Shown in pieces: positions 8,901-22,050 of a stretch of DNA of 64,000 nt. Origin of the DNA: Camelus ferus (taxonomy: Eukaryota); the NCBI RefSeq assembly GCF_009834535.1, contig NC_045699.1, positions 43,152,001 to 43,216,000 of the forward strand, in the 5' to 3' direction. The notes beneath the pieces are model-generated. The model did no database searches. It was not told where the DNA came from and worked only from the letters and a program-made list of their open reading frames with translations. A program made the position numbers and the translations under genes. Each line of letters opens with the position of its first letter. The stretch's first letter is position 1.

Positions 8901-11900
8901 CATCTGCTGAAAGTGAGAACAAGGCAGTCGGGTAGGAAGAGCCAGCTGAGCGCTGCAGAGTGGCCAGGCAGTGCTGGGGCCCCAGCTGAGGCTGTGACTA
9001 CGGTTTCAGTGGCACCACACAGAATGATTGCACAGCTTGTCACACTGGGGTGCAGGTGCGTGCGTTCATCCAGACTTGAGCTATTGCCAGTCAGATGCAC
9101 CAGAAGGACAATGGAACCAAGGAGTGAGTGGAGTGACTGACATGATGGGCCCCTAAATCCAAGAAGATAGAGAAGTAAAGACAGGTGAGGGCTGATGGGC
9201 AGGGAGGAAACAGAAGATGAGCAGGTTGGAGGCCTGCCTCCGTGAGGTTGAAGGAGTGTGGAGAAAGCCTGGAGGGGGCCAGTCATGGTCAGAGTGAAGA
9301 CCTGAAGCCGTCCTTTCAGCGGAGAAGCAGTTTGGGATGCTGAGGCCTAGGGTTCAGCTGTGGGGACAGGGGGCAGCACTGGCAGGGAACTGAGGCTTGG
9401 AGAGAATGAGAAGGTTAAAGAAATGAGAGCTGGGGGGTTCTGTACATAATCTCTCTGTTTCAAGCCTTGGAGGAATATCCAGATACCCACTGAGCTAGAC
9501 AGAGCTTAACCTCTAGACAACCAGTCCGTGAGCATTCCAGTCCCCTTGGGCCAGGCACCTACTTAACCTCAGCCTACTTTGGCAGACCTTCTATGTGTCT
9601 CCCTCTCTCATCCCCAGATCCTGGTTGGGCTCCTACTTTCAAAATGGATGAGCATTCCACCCTAGTTCCCTGCCCTACAACACCCAACCCACCTCATTGT
9701 GAGAGCTTCAGCTGCCTTGCCTCATCCCAGACTGCTCCTCATCCACCGGTAATTCTGAATCTTTGGGGGAATCTCAGATGTAGAGAGACTTAATTAAAGC
9801 CATAGATCCTCTCTTTAGGAAAACATGCAAACAACAATTTCATATCCAAATTCAGGAGGTTCCCAGATCCTTAACACTGATGTTAAGCCAGATGAGCCCT
9901 GAGTTTGCTGCTCTGGGCAGTGTCATTTGCATTACTGGCTGCCACCCTCCTCCCCACCACAGGATCCACCTTAAAGCTGGGTGAGTCCCTCTAAATCCAG
10001 TATGCAGCTAGATCCTTCTCCCTGTTGGCCAAGGCTTCCTAGCTCATGTCAGCCAGCACTCTGCTTCACTATCCCTTTCCTGAACAATTCAATGGCCCCC
10101 TACTAGATAGGCAGATCCCAGCTTCAAGTGTCTCCTCACTTCAATCCATCCCTCATGGCAGACCCTCCCATCTCTCCTCTCCCAGAGCAGATACCTGGTG
10201 AGGGGCATGTGTAGATGGGCTTCAGTGTGTCCCGCACACTGTGCAGCCTCTGCTCCAAGTCCATCCTCTGCGCTTCCTTATTTCTCAAGTCCTCTTTTGT
10301 CTTCTCCCCGTCCGACTCGCAGGCCTGCAACTGCTCTTTGGTAGCCTGGCAAACCTTCTGTTCCACCTGTAGTGTTTCCTGACTCTGGGCCAGCTCCCTT
10401 CTGGACCCCTGCAGATCCTCTTCCCTCTGCCCCAGCTGGGTTATCTTTAGGTGCAGCTGCTGCCTCAAGCTGCTGTTAGTGGCCTCCAGAACCCTGTTCA
10501 TCTGCTGTAGCTGCTGGGACACCTGCAGATCTATTTGGCCATAAAGAGAGATTTGGAGGACATCTTAAGCTGTGCTCTGATGCCCTCAGGCTTCAGCATC
10601 AGTCCTTTTTCTGCTCCTTGCAACTTTTTGCATAACAGGCTGGAATACAAGGTCTGACTGCCTAGAGTTTAAGGAGGCACTGGATTAGGTAAGGACAATT
10701 TAGGAAGACACGTGCTCTAAAATAGACCTGGCTGGAAACCAGACCAAAAGCTGAGGATGTGGTGGTAGTGACTTTCGGCCCTGCTAAGGAAGGGGAGCTG
10801 CCGCGGACAGTAGGGGAGAAGGTTGTTGGGAAAAGGAAATGGGAGCAGTCATACTCACAGCGCACTCCCAGGCAGATGGCTGCCACCCCCAACAGCAGGC
10901 AGGTGAGGAGCAGGCCCAGAAGGAGGTACTGCAAGCAGGCTGCATGGCCTTAGGGAGACAGCGGGATGGGGAGCAGTGAGTCCCAGGAAAGTTAATAGAC
11001 TGAGTGGGTGGGGGTGGGCAAAATTCGCGGAAGGTGCGTCCCGCAGAGGACTTCGAGCACGCATGGTGGTTTCTGTCCCGCAGTGAGTTGCCGCAGGTGG
11101 CCGAGGGAAGTTGTTCCAGAATAAGGGCTGCGGATCGTTATTGGTAAGGCCTGAGGGGCACTATCTGGTAGGACGGGGAACTAAATTTCAGACGGAGACC
11201 GGAGAGGGGAGTTACGTGAACGGGGACCATAATAAGGGGTTGAGGGGTGAGGGTCTGGGTGGATATGTCAGAAAGATCTATCCGGGGATGGGGGTGAAAA
11301 GGGCAGGGGAAGGGGTCACGGGGGGCTGCCTGGACCGACCAGAGGGCTGCGCTCTGGGTTCAGTCCCTGGGTCAGACCTGCACACGGCGGGGGCCCAGCA
11401 CCACCCCCAGCGCGACCGGCGCTAGTACGTGACTCCAACACCACCCTCGCGGGCCGGGTTGGGGGAGGCCGCCCATCCCGAGGCCCCGCCCCTCCCCGCT
11501 CCGCTCCGCTAGCCCCGGACCTGCTGCGCAGTGGGCGGCGCACGCGGGGCGGGGCGGGCGCGGTACTCACAGGGGAGAATCTGCCTGGCAGCTGGTGACG
11601 TCACGGAGCTCCAGGCGGCAGCTGCCTGCTCTGACTGGACCCCTGAGAAAGGGAGCGACACCGGTTTGAAGGTGGGAATGCCCGGGAAATGCCCCTTCTC
11701 CCCACCCCCACTCCCTTCTCGGCGCCGAGACCCCAGTCTGTCCTAAGGTGCCTTCTGCCATTGCTCTGGGACACCCTTAGCGTCCTCCGGAGTTCCTCAT
11801 CTCCCGTGGGACTCTCATGTCCCTCCTGGGTCTTACCTTATCCTTTCCCCGGGGACCCCTGTCACCCTCCTGGGTCTCCCTTTATCTTTTCCTCAGAGGG

Positions 11901-12527
11901 CCCCCATCTGCCTGCCCCAAACCCTCCCCGGGGAGTACTCTCACCCCTCTCCCCTACCTCCTCTCCTCTCTCCGGGGACTCCGCATTTCCTATTCGAGCT
12001 CAGCTCCCCACAGGGCTGCCCTGATCCCTCCGTGGAGCCCTAGCTCCCCCTGGGATCCCCACCTTGCCCCTGGGAGCTTTATTTTTCGCTGGCTCCCGTA
12101 TATCCAATGCTCATTCTCTTCCTGAGAACACTCCTTTTCCCAACGGTATTGTCCTCCCAAGAATGCTGTGAACTCCCCAGCTCAAGACACAGCCCCCAAC
12201 AAACACATATCCCTGGGCTCTCCAGACCTGCTTTCCCCCCTAATCCAGAGGAAGCCAAACTCAACGGCCCCCCTGGGCCGGGAGGCACTTGCACATTCTC
12301 ATAGGTGAGTTCCCCATCCTCGTCGGACTCTAGGTCTGGAGAGGAGAGAAAAGGTGGGGATCAGGATTGGGGTCTGTGGGGCGGGAGTTGGGTCATAAAG
12401 GAGGACGGAGTTGCAGAATCAAGGAGACGCCCCGTCCACCCTTACCTTGTCCTAGCCGGCTGGAGACACTCTTCTTCAGGGGAGCCTTCACAAACCGCAG
12501 GTCTGCATAGGTGATGGCCTCAGCCAT
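6000..12527 (-). CDS. CD72: B-cell differentiation antigen CD72 (type II C-type lectin-like receptor), 361 aa
   Basis: Exons 12527-12446, 12335-12228, 11642-11571, 10948-10859, 10530-10195, 7707-7562, 6957-6845, 6138-6000 (1086 nt, phases consistent). ITIMs ITYADL and LTYENV, TM YLLLGLLLTCLLLGVAAICLGV, coiled-coil stalk, CTLD CCPVGW..WIGL..ICE. Confidence 0.96.
8460..9330 (-). mobile_element. L2 LINE fragment(s) in CD72 intron 5
   Basis: Purine-rich antisense L2 pattern (gtcagtgtggcc...gtaggcaggggcc...gacatgatcagattt...). Confidence 0.6.
11000..11700. promoter_or_regulatory. Intragenic CpG island around CD72 exon 3
   Basis: CpG-dense, tandem GGGGCGGGGCGGG boxes at ~11546-11560, palindromic TGACGTCA at 11596-11603. 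Confidence 0.7.
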
Positions 12528-12664
12528 GGTCCTGAGCCCCTCTGCTCCCACCTGTCTCCCTGTCTTCCACTGGCCCCAAGTTTCCCTTGTCACTCTACCC
12601 TCTGTCCCTTCACACTCTTAGGCTCTGTGTTCCCTCTGTGACTGCGTGGCTTAGTGATTTGCCC

Positions 12665-12691
12665 TGTGACTTCCAGTCACAAAAGAGGAAG
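12665..12691. promoter_or_regulatory. CD72 proximal promoter: PU.1 box with flanking inverted repeat
   Basis: AAAAGAGGAAG at 12681-12691, about 155 bp upstream of the ATG, next to TGTGAC-N5-GTCACA; PU.1 dependence of the mouse CD72 promoter is established. Confidence 0.6.
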
Positions 12692-15171
12692 ATGTGAGAC
12701 AATCTCAGACAGATGGGTTCAGCGAAGCAAACGGCATCCCTTAGCCCCAGCCAGAGGGGCAGGGGAGGGGAAACTGAGGTGGAGAGCATGGGGTTCGGGG
12801 CTGTGAGGTGTCACAGAACCACTACTCAGGATTACCCCTGTGTCCTGCCTGTGCTCCCCCTTCATGCATCCCAGACCCACCTTGACAGCACTGGGCTCCA
12901 AACACCCACCCTTATCATCCACCCTGATTTGCCCCTCACTCCTTCCTGGCTGCCCAGTCCACAAACTTTCTATATGTAGTTGGAGCTCTTTTGTGGCCAA
13001 CTGACCCCAGAGGCTCTCCCTCTGTCATTACTCCAAAGTGGGGCTCTATCCTCCCCATCAGATTGAGGCAGTCCTAGTGTGGAGCTCTAGGTCCTCATCA
13101 TCCTGGGGTTCCTAGCAGGTATAGGTTTCCAGAGAGGGGTCCCTGATTTGGTGGGACTTATTGCTCCATCAGTTTGGGGGCTTTCAAGATGGGCCCAGCT
13201 CCCCTTCTGCTGTAGTCCTACAGAGCTGCCAAGGATCCCACACAGGGAAGTTCTCACTCCAGAGCCCTTCTGGGTCCAAACTGGTTCTCCTGTGTAAACA
13301 CCCCCAGCCTCTGGCTTCACAGCCTTTCCCTGGCCTCCTCCACTCTTGTTGCCCTACTGATCACACCTATGGCCAGTCAGCTCCTTCCTTGTCCCATCCT
13401 GACCCTGGCAAACTCATGGAGATCCCTGTTTTCCAATATCTGAGCCAAACCCAGCAAGCTGAGTCCAGGAGGCAGAAGCTCTGGGACTGGCCAGGGTGGG
13501 GGTGAGCCTCCAGAAAAGCCTGCAGCACTGACTATTCATCACTTTGTTGGAGGTCAGGGAGCCGGTGAGCAAAGGACTTGCACAGGGATGAAGATGGGCT
13601 GCAGCTTCTCAGAGGGGAGGCAGAGAAACAGAGCAGGGCTGGGTTCGAGCGTGCAGAGCCTGGACCAGCCAAGGTTTTGATATCTTCTTGGTTTGGTTTT
13701 GGTTTATCTGTTAATTTCCCAGTAAGGTTCTTCCTTTAAAAAGTCCCAATATTGTCCCTTTACACCCACCCCCAATGAAAAAGGGGGCATTTGTGGGGGA
13801 AGACCAGGGACTGAGAGGCCTGGCTGATGGAGCAGAGGAAGCAGCTGAGGACGAGGGCCTGCCGAGCAGTGGTGTATAGGTGCTCCCTAAAGTTTTGGGT
13901 TTTTTTTTTACCAGGATGTGACCCCCAAAAGGGCCCACTGGGGGTGAAAAGAGGCTGAGACAAGGTTTGCAGGTGGGAAAAACCCACCCTGAGTGGGTGA
14001 CATCCGCCCCCTCAGAACCCACCCCTGCAGCTGTGGGGAGGAAAAAGGAAGGGGAAAGAGGTCCTTACCACATGCTAACAGCTTGTAGTGTACGGTTAGT
14101 GGTGTGTGGAGGGTGCTGTGATGGGCCTGTGGGTCTGTCGAGAGCTCTACCCAACAGCATCACCCAGCCCGCCCCAGAAAAAGAGCCCCCTGAAACATAA
14201 GAACTCATTTGTCACCTGAGATTCGTGTCTGAGGGAGAGGCAGATGTCCAGGTGTGTGTGAGTAGTGCAGGTATGCACACGCATCCCCAGGTCTCTGCAG
14301 TCTGTGCAAGGTGAACATCTATGACCAATGAGGGTTAAACACGGAAGATTCTGTGGCCCAAAGGGTGCCTGTGATGGCTGTGGTTTTTTTCCACAGAGGG
14401 AAATGACAGGCCATCTTCAGAAGTCTTAAAGGTCATGGGGATAGATTCTACAAGTATTTCCTTTCTAAGGCTGTTTCCTAAGGTGTCCCTACAGCTGTTA
14501 ACTGTCACTGCTTGATTAAAGTTTCCAACAACCCAGTCCCCTCCCCCAGGCAGGCTGATAGCAAAAGGTGGTGTGTGTTGGTAACTCCCTGGGGGCCTTG
14601 GGGGCCTATGAGAGTGAGTGGGAGCGTATAGGGCAGCTGGTGGCAGGGGTGGGTGGGGGCAGTCAGGGGACTTGTATCTGTGGTGTACAGGGCATGGGGG
14701 GTGGGGACAGTGTGTGAATCAGTTGCAAGAACAGGTGCAGAAATTCTATAAATGGGAGATAATGTCCCAGTTTTCAGAACCAATATTTGCAACAGGGCCT
14801 AGATGCCAGGTAAAATGCCCAAAACCAGGCTACCAGTATATCCTCAAAAAAGGAATCAACAGGCATGCTGTCCAACTCAACCCTTGAAGAGGCTTTAGAA
14901 GGGAGAGTGTCCTGGTGGAACCGGATGAGCTAAAACCCATTTCTTGCCCTGTCCTGACCTCTCCATGCTTATTACAGAGAGTGGGTTCTTAAGGCAGACA
15001 GGAGGGACCCCAGCTATGAGGGCATCAGGAAAGAATCTGGGGCCCATCTGTATAAATTTTGGTGACATCCAGCCAACATCAGGAGGTCAAGGATGTCTCT
15101 GAAAGTCAGGTTGTGTCCATCTTCATTACTTTAACCCATTGACTCCAGAAGGCCCTAATGTATGGACAGGC

Positions 15172-15678
15172 CATGATAGGCAGAATGATGGTCTCCCGCA
15201 GATGTTCAGTCTAATCCCCAGAACCCGTGAATATGTCACTTTACCTGACAAAGTTGTAAATGTGATTAAGTTAAGGACCTTTAGATGGTGAGATCATTCC
15301 TGTTTTATCTTGGTAGGACAGTTGAATCACATGAGTCCTTGAAAGGGAGAAGCTTTCAGGGCCATGGGAAGAAAGAGGTTGGACAATGAGAGAAGGGGTA
15401 GAGAGGTGTGACGTAGGAAGGATTCCACCCGCAGGTGCTGGCTTGGAGGGTGGAGGATGGGGACAGCGAGCCAGGCACTGCAGGCAGACTCTGGAAGCTG
15501 GAAAAGGCAAGGAAACAGATTCCCACCGAGAGCCCCCAGAAAGGAACCAGCCCTGCTCTAACTTGAGTCCATTGAGATCTGTGTCAGACTTCCTACCAAT
15601 AGGACTGTAAGATAAGAAACTTGTATTTTTTAAGCCACTAAGTTTGTGGTAATTTGTTAACAGCAGCAACAGATAAGT
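15172..15678 (+). mobile_element. MLT1 (MaLR) solo LTR, MLT1D-like
   Basis: tgataggcagaat...gaatatgtcacttta...gctggaaaaggcaaggaaacagattc...aagccactaagtttgtggtaatttgttaacagcagca. Confidence 0.8.
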
Positions 15679-17479
15679 TTCCTGAACCCTGGAGGAAGCA
15701 TGATGTAATGGAAAGAACATGGTGTGGATAAAGAAGCCAGGCACAGTATGTGACTTCGGGCAAGTCACAGTTTCCTACCTGTAAAAGATGGGATTGTCTA
15801 GATGGTATCTGACATCAGTTAAGGAAGTGATGGCTGGAGATACAGTAGGTGTCAATTTTAGCAAAAACATTGCTTAAAAGTCTGTTGAATTAGCTTCAGA
15901 GTCGGGAGGGAGAACCGCAGCCATCTGACAGCGCTATTTAAGAGGATTTGCAGCTCTTTGATCACTGAAGCCAGAATGCCAGTAGGTCTCCAGTGACTGC
16001 CCCAGGCCTCTGCTTGGTCCTGTCTTGAATGGTGACACAGAGAGCACATCACATATGCCGACAGTACAGAGCTCTAAGAAAAAGCAAATGTACCGAAAGG
16101 CAAACTCATGATTCAGACTTTTCAGCTGAGCAACATGACAGCTCCAACCACAGAATGAAATGCAATAAAGATAAATAATAACAACTAGCACTTATTGACA
16201 AATAAAATTGGGGGCTCAAAAAATAAATTATGTTAGCATAGGATGGAGGCAGTCCTGACTTAATACCTTACGTATACATGTTTGAGGGAGAGGCAGTTAG
16301 TAAGCATTTTGGAGCTTGAAGGAATCTTAGTGAGCTCAAGCCACTTATTTTACAGGTTAGGAAACTGCACTCAGTAGGCTGTAAATTCATTATGAACTAA
16401 CCCGGTGACTAGGAGGGCTGGTGACAAAAGGCTGTCCTATAGGACCACAGCTCTTTTACCAAATATGCCAAACATTGTGCCGGCCATCACTCCTGCTGAT
16501 TAAGCCTCCCTACACCCCAACAATTGTGTTATGTGACCCCCCCAACCCCTCTGACCTCAGCTGAGTGAGATAACTATGTGGGCAATGGACTCAGGGCTGG
16601 CCAGTCCAGAGAACAGCCAGTGGCCTCTGGGGTGGCCTGGCTTGGAAATCTGGGAGGATGTGAGCTTATCACATTTTCATTCTCAGGAATTTAAATGGGA
16701 AAACCTGGAGATGAGCCCCTGAGGTAGCAGTTGGAGCCGAAGGTGGAAGGAGGCAGAGGGAAAGTCTGTGGGGTGCACAGAGTGGAGTCCTCCGTCCTCA
16801 GCAGTTGTGCCTGGCTCCTCTTCCCTCCCACACTTAGAGCAGAGCGATTATCCTGGCAGGGGTAATCCAGCCTGATTATCAGGAGGAGATAGGGTTGCTG
16901 CTACCTAATGGGAGCAGGAGGAACAGATCTGCCTGCAGGAGATTTGTCAGTGCTTCTTGGTGCTCCTGTGCCCAGTGATATATTATCCTCCAGTGGGCAG
17001 TGGCGGCCACCACAGCCTGAAAAGGTCACAATCATCAGGGCTCAGACCCCCTGGAAATGAAGGCCTGGGTTACCCACCAGACAAGCCACCTAGACCAGCA
17101 TCAGGTGCTGCTTGAGAGCGAGGGGAATCTAGAATGGATGCAGAGGAGGAAGAGGAAGAATCTCAGCTGCAGCCTTAGCACTTTTCCTTCTTCTTCCTCC
17201 TCCACTTGTAAGAAATTGTGACCTTGAAAAAGCAGGCCCTTAAGGAAGGGCCTGAGTGGATCGGAGGGGTGCATGGACAGGCACTTGGCGCCTCTGCCAT
17301 CCCTGTTCCCCAGGCCTTTCCACTTGGTGCACATCACCCTGGCTTCCAGCTGCCAGCATCTTTGCAGCTTTTCTTTGGCAGGCAGTGAGAAAGTGCTGGA
17401 AGTCAATGCCTCCCCCAGAGCAGTTCTCAACTGGTAGGAACTATTATGCACCCTAGCAACCTCATCCTGGGGGTTGACT

Positions 17480-20400
17480 CTGGTGGCACACGGTCTACAC
17501 TGGCTCTCAAAGTTCCCCAAAGGCTTTGATCCCCAGTTTTCTACCATGGACATAGAGTGGTATCTCGTTACTACTTTAAATTGCATGTCCCTGACTCCTA
17601 GTGAGTTTGAACATACTTTCATGTTTGTCAGCCAGTTGGATTTACTCTTCTGCTGGTGTTAGATGCTTCATATGTATTTTTTCTCCCCCACCCCCAAAAT
17701 GTTATTTTGAAATATTTCAAGCCTAAAGGAAAGGTGAAAGAATAATACAATGCATACTTATAGGTCCTTCATCTAATATGTCGGTCAAGGCTCAAACTGC
17801 TCTCACCAAATAAAAGAGATGACAATTATGCGACATGATGGAGGTGTTAGCTAACCATGGTGGTAAACAAACTGCAGTATATAATGTATCAAATCAACAC
17901 ATTATACACTTTATACTTACACATGTTATATGTCAATTATATCAATAAAAAGGGCTCAGAGAAGCAGATGGTTAGGATATGCATATACGTACACACATTT
18001 TTTTTCAATTAAGAGATTTGTTGCAGAAAATTGCTCTTATCCAATTAATGCAATTATAAGAGCTAGTTAAACAGTCTGTGAAATGCTGTTGTCTTTGCTT
18101 CTGATGCTGGAGCTTGGAGTCTGCAGGGCAGGCAGCTGGGGAGGCAAGGCGTGTGGAAAGTGGGAGAGCAGGGATAATCCAGAACCCATGAGGACAGCCT
18201 GGAACCGGAGTCAGTCTCTTGCTGCCTCCAGCTTTGACGATATGAATGCCCTGCAAGAGAAGCTGTGTTCTCCCCACCAGGCGCCACTGCTCTGGAACAT
18301 AAGCCGGGCTGGTAAACAGTCTTAGCCCAGAATCAGCTCTCAGTAAGGACAGCCACATGTTCCAGGAGCATTGCTTATTATGTCATCCTTACTTTTCCCA
18401 GTGGGTTGAATGCTAATGTTCTTATATATACAAACACCTAGTTTGGGATTCCTGTTTTATTCCACTGATCAATTTTTTTCCCCTTTTACCTACTGATTTG
18501 ATTAAGTGGCCTTACAGCATATTCTGATATTTGGTAAGGCAAATTTCTCTGTTTCTTTTTAAAAAAATTTGTCCTTGACTATTCTTTGAGATACAAATTG
18601 GAATATCTTAACATTATACTTTAATTTGGGGAGAACTGACTTTTTTTTCTGATATTTTATCTTCCTGTGTAAGGAGATGGTTGATCTTCTGTTTGTCCCA
18701 ATCTTGCTTTGTATCTTTTAATTACATTGTATAACCTTCTTCATAAAAGTACAGTACTATGTGTTTCTTGATTAAGTCTACATATTATAAAGCTTCCAGT
18801 TATAAAATAATTAAGTCACAAGGATGTGATTACAGTGTGGTCACTATAGATAATACTGTATTGTATACTTAAAAGTTACTAAGAGAGTAGATCTTAAAAG
18901 TTCTCATCACAAGAAAAAAAATCGTTAACTGTGTGCAATGATGGATGTTAACTAGAAGTATGGAGGTGATCATTTTGCAATATATACAAATATCAAATCA
19001 TTATATTGTACCCCTGAAACTTATATAAGGGTATACGTCAATTATATCTCAATTTTTTAAAAATTACATACTGTAACATAGTGGCTACAAGAGTAGTCTC
19101 AGTGCTAGCTGCCAAGTAGCAAATCCCAACTCTTAACACATTACCAGCTAGTGATCTGGGGTAAATCACTTATTCTCTCTGTTCCTCAGTGTTCTTTTCT
19201 GTAAAATAAGAATGATAATAGTAATCTATCTCAAGAGGGTGTTGTGAGGATTGAGTTAATACAAAGTGCTTAAAATAGTACATGGCATTATGGTGACTAT
19301 AATTGTTATTATCCTAAGGATTTTATAATTTTATAACTGTAAATTGAGTATTTCTGCCATTTTCAATTTGAGATGCTTATTGCTAGTGGGAAAAAAGCAG
19401 TTTATTTTTGTTATATCTATCTTGTATCCAGTCAACTTTCCAAACCGTATTGTCTTTGTACTAGGTTTTTTTTTTAACTAGAGGCTTGAATTTTCTAATA
19501 TAGTCATATCAGCAAAAAAAAATTAGATACTTTTATAATGTTTCAGATAATCATAACAATTCATACTCTTATCTTACCACATTTGGTAAAACTTCCAAGA
19601 TATGTTAAATAATAGGATAATAGCAGGCATCTCTGTCTACATTTTTATTTTCATGAAGTGGTTTTAGTGTTTCACCATTGAGAGCAGTATTTGCTGTTAG
19701 GTTGAGTGAAAAGTCTTCATTATATTTAAGCAGTTTTTTTTTTCTTTTTTACTTAGCATTTTTACTAAGAATGATATTAAGTTATGCTGGTTGTATATAT
19801 TAAATATGGGATCCTTTCTTCTTTTTCTATAGTCTCGACTAGTTTAAATGGCATGGAAATTACTCTTATTTAAGGTTAGATACAGCTCAGCTGTGGCACC
19901 ATTTGAACACAGTCTTTTCCAAAAGTCGATCTCTAATCACTTTTCTATTCTAGTTTTTTCTAAGATAAGTTGGGCTATACAAACTTTCCTCTTTCTTTTG
20001 GGTCAATTTTTGTAATTTATATTTTTTCTGAAATGTATGTATTTCCTCTAAATTTTCAAATTAATTGCCAAGGAATTTTAAGTTGCACTTTTTTACACTT
20101 TTTCAATTCTCTTTTCTATCTGTAATTTTGTTTTCTTTCTCATGACTAATCTTTTCTATTTCTATTCTCTTTTTTCCTCCTCACTTGGGCTTACAAGAAG
20201 TTCTTCTGTTTCATTAGCCCTTTTAAATGTTTTTTAAAAATGTATACTTTTTAGTGTTTTTGTTTGTTTTCCATTACATTCATGTCAGCTTCTATTTTCC
20301 GATTACTTTTGGTTTGTTTTCTTGTTCTTTTTATAATTTTTTGAAATAAGTACACCCTTTATTTTTCCTCCTTTTTTTAATGCTTGCTATCTTTATGGTA

Positions 20401-22050
20401 TTTCAGGGATACAATATCTGATACAGGGTAATTCAGAAGGTTTCTGTTATTACACTGTTATTTCATTCAGCATTTAAATTTTGTGAACACAGTCATTTTG
20501 TCCTTTTTTAAAGCCAGCTTTACTGTATTGCGATTTACATATATTAATTTTTTTCATACATTATATTTTATCAGTTTTAAGTGCAATCCCATGAGTTTTG
20601 CCAGACGTACTTAGTCATGTAACCACCACCACAGTCCAGATCAGAAGATTCCCATCACCCCAAAAGTTCTTTCCTACCCTTTGTAAGCCATCCTCACACC
20701 GATTTCAGTCTGAAACTTAAATTCCCCTTGTTGGATATCGGCATTACCACTGCTTTCTGTTTATCTGCCTAGTATCCCCTTCCCACATCTTTATTCTGAA
20801 AGTTGCTTTATCATTTTTCTTTGTGTGTTTCTTTTAAATAATATGGACCAGAATTTGATTTATAACAGTCTGACAGCCTTTTAATGGCAGGATTCAGTCC
20901 ACTCAGTTACTGTAATGAGTGATGTGTTCATTATTGCCATGTTACTTGTTTCTAAACGTCTTAACGTTATTGTGAACTCCTCTTTGCCTTTGCTGGATTG
21001 ACTGAATGGCTGTCCATCCTGTTTCCCACCTTGTTAATTCAGGGTTTATCATTCTATTAAGAGTGACCATCCCTTGCCCTGCTCTTCTCACATGGCTCTT
21101 CAAGTGAGTGAAAACAGAACAACTATTTCCATCACACTCCATTATCTTCAACCTCCTCCACACCCCAATAAGACCTGGTCTTTAGATGACTTTCACTCCC
21201 CCTCCCCTATCACCCCCCAACTCCTTCCCCCTTAGATCCTGGAAGACTTACCTTCCCCTTATCCCCACCACCTGATTCCAGAGTTTTAGTAAGATAATTT
21301 AGTCCTCATCAGAACTTCCCTCACAGTGTGTTTCATCTGTTCCAAGAGTCCTTATTTAGCATTTATATTACACGTTATAGATACACAGAGATTTAGATAT
21401 AAATATAAAGATCATGGTTTGTTGCTCCCCACTGCTTTCTTTCCTCTTCTCTTCATCTTCCCCTATCTTGAAGTCTCTGTTCTGATTCATTTGTTGTTTC
21501 ATTAGTCTGTTTTCAAAAGTATTTCTTAGATGAGATACTGATTTTTGCAAATCTTCAAATGTCTGTCTTTCTTCTTTGGCTGGTTCTGGGTTGCAGGCCT
21601 TTTCTTTCATTAACTCACATTCAGTTTTCCTGTCTTTTAACTTCCAGGGTAGCGGATAAGAAGAAAGAACTATCTTTCTGCCTGAAAACGTGTAAGATTT
21701 CCCATATCCGTAGAGCTTAGGAATTTTAACCTGTATGTGGCTAAGTGCATTGTTTTTTTCCTTTTAGTTTTATTGAGATATAATTGACATGCAGGACTGT
21801 ATATGTTTAAGGTGTACAGCATAATGGATTTGACTTACATACATCATGAAATGATTATTACAATAAGTTTAGTGACCATCCATCATCTTGTATGGATACA
21901 AAATTTTAAAAATTAAAAAAAATTTTTTCTTGTGATGAGAACTCAGGATTTAGTCTAGCTTTCATATATAACATATATGAAACATATAGCTGTGCTAATT
22001 ACATTTATCATGTTGCACATTATATCCCTAGTACTTATTTATCTTATTTG
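17480..22050. mobile_element. Cluster of old L1 (L1M-type) fragments in both orientations
   Basis: AT-rich block with recognisable L1 3' ends at ~17795-17950(+), 18800-19065(+), 20505-20700(-), 21760-22050(-) and an ORF2 relic at 17480-17670(-). Confidence 0.75.
19080..19315 (+). mobile_element. MIR SINE
   Basis: MIR core: gcaaatccc...tcacttattctctctgttcctcagt...ctgtaaaataagaatgataatagta...gttgtgaggatt. Confidence 0.8.

Noticed and set aside
17101-17622. 173-aa minus-strand ORF
   Set aside because: The N-terminal part is a decayed L1 ORF2 relic (MQFKVVTRYH); the rest has no recognisable domain or splice support.
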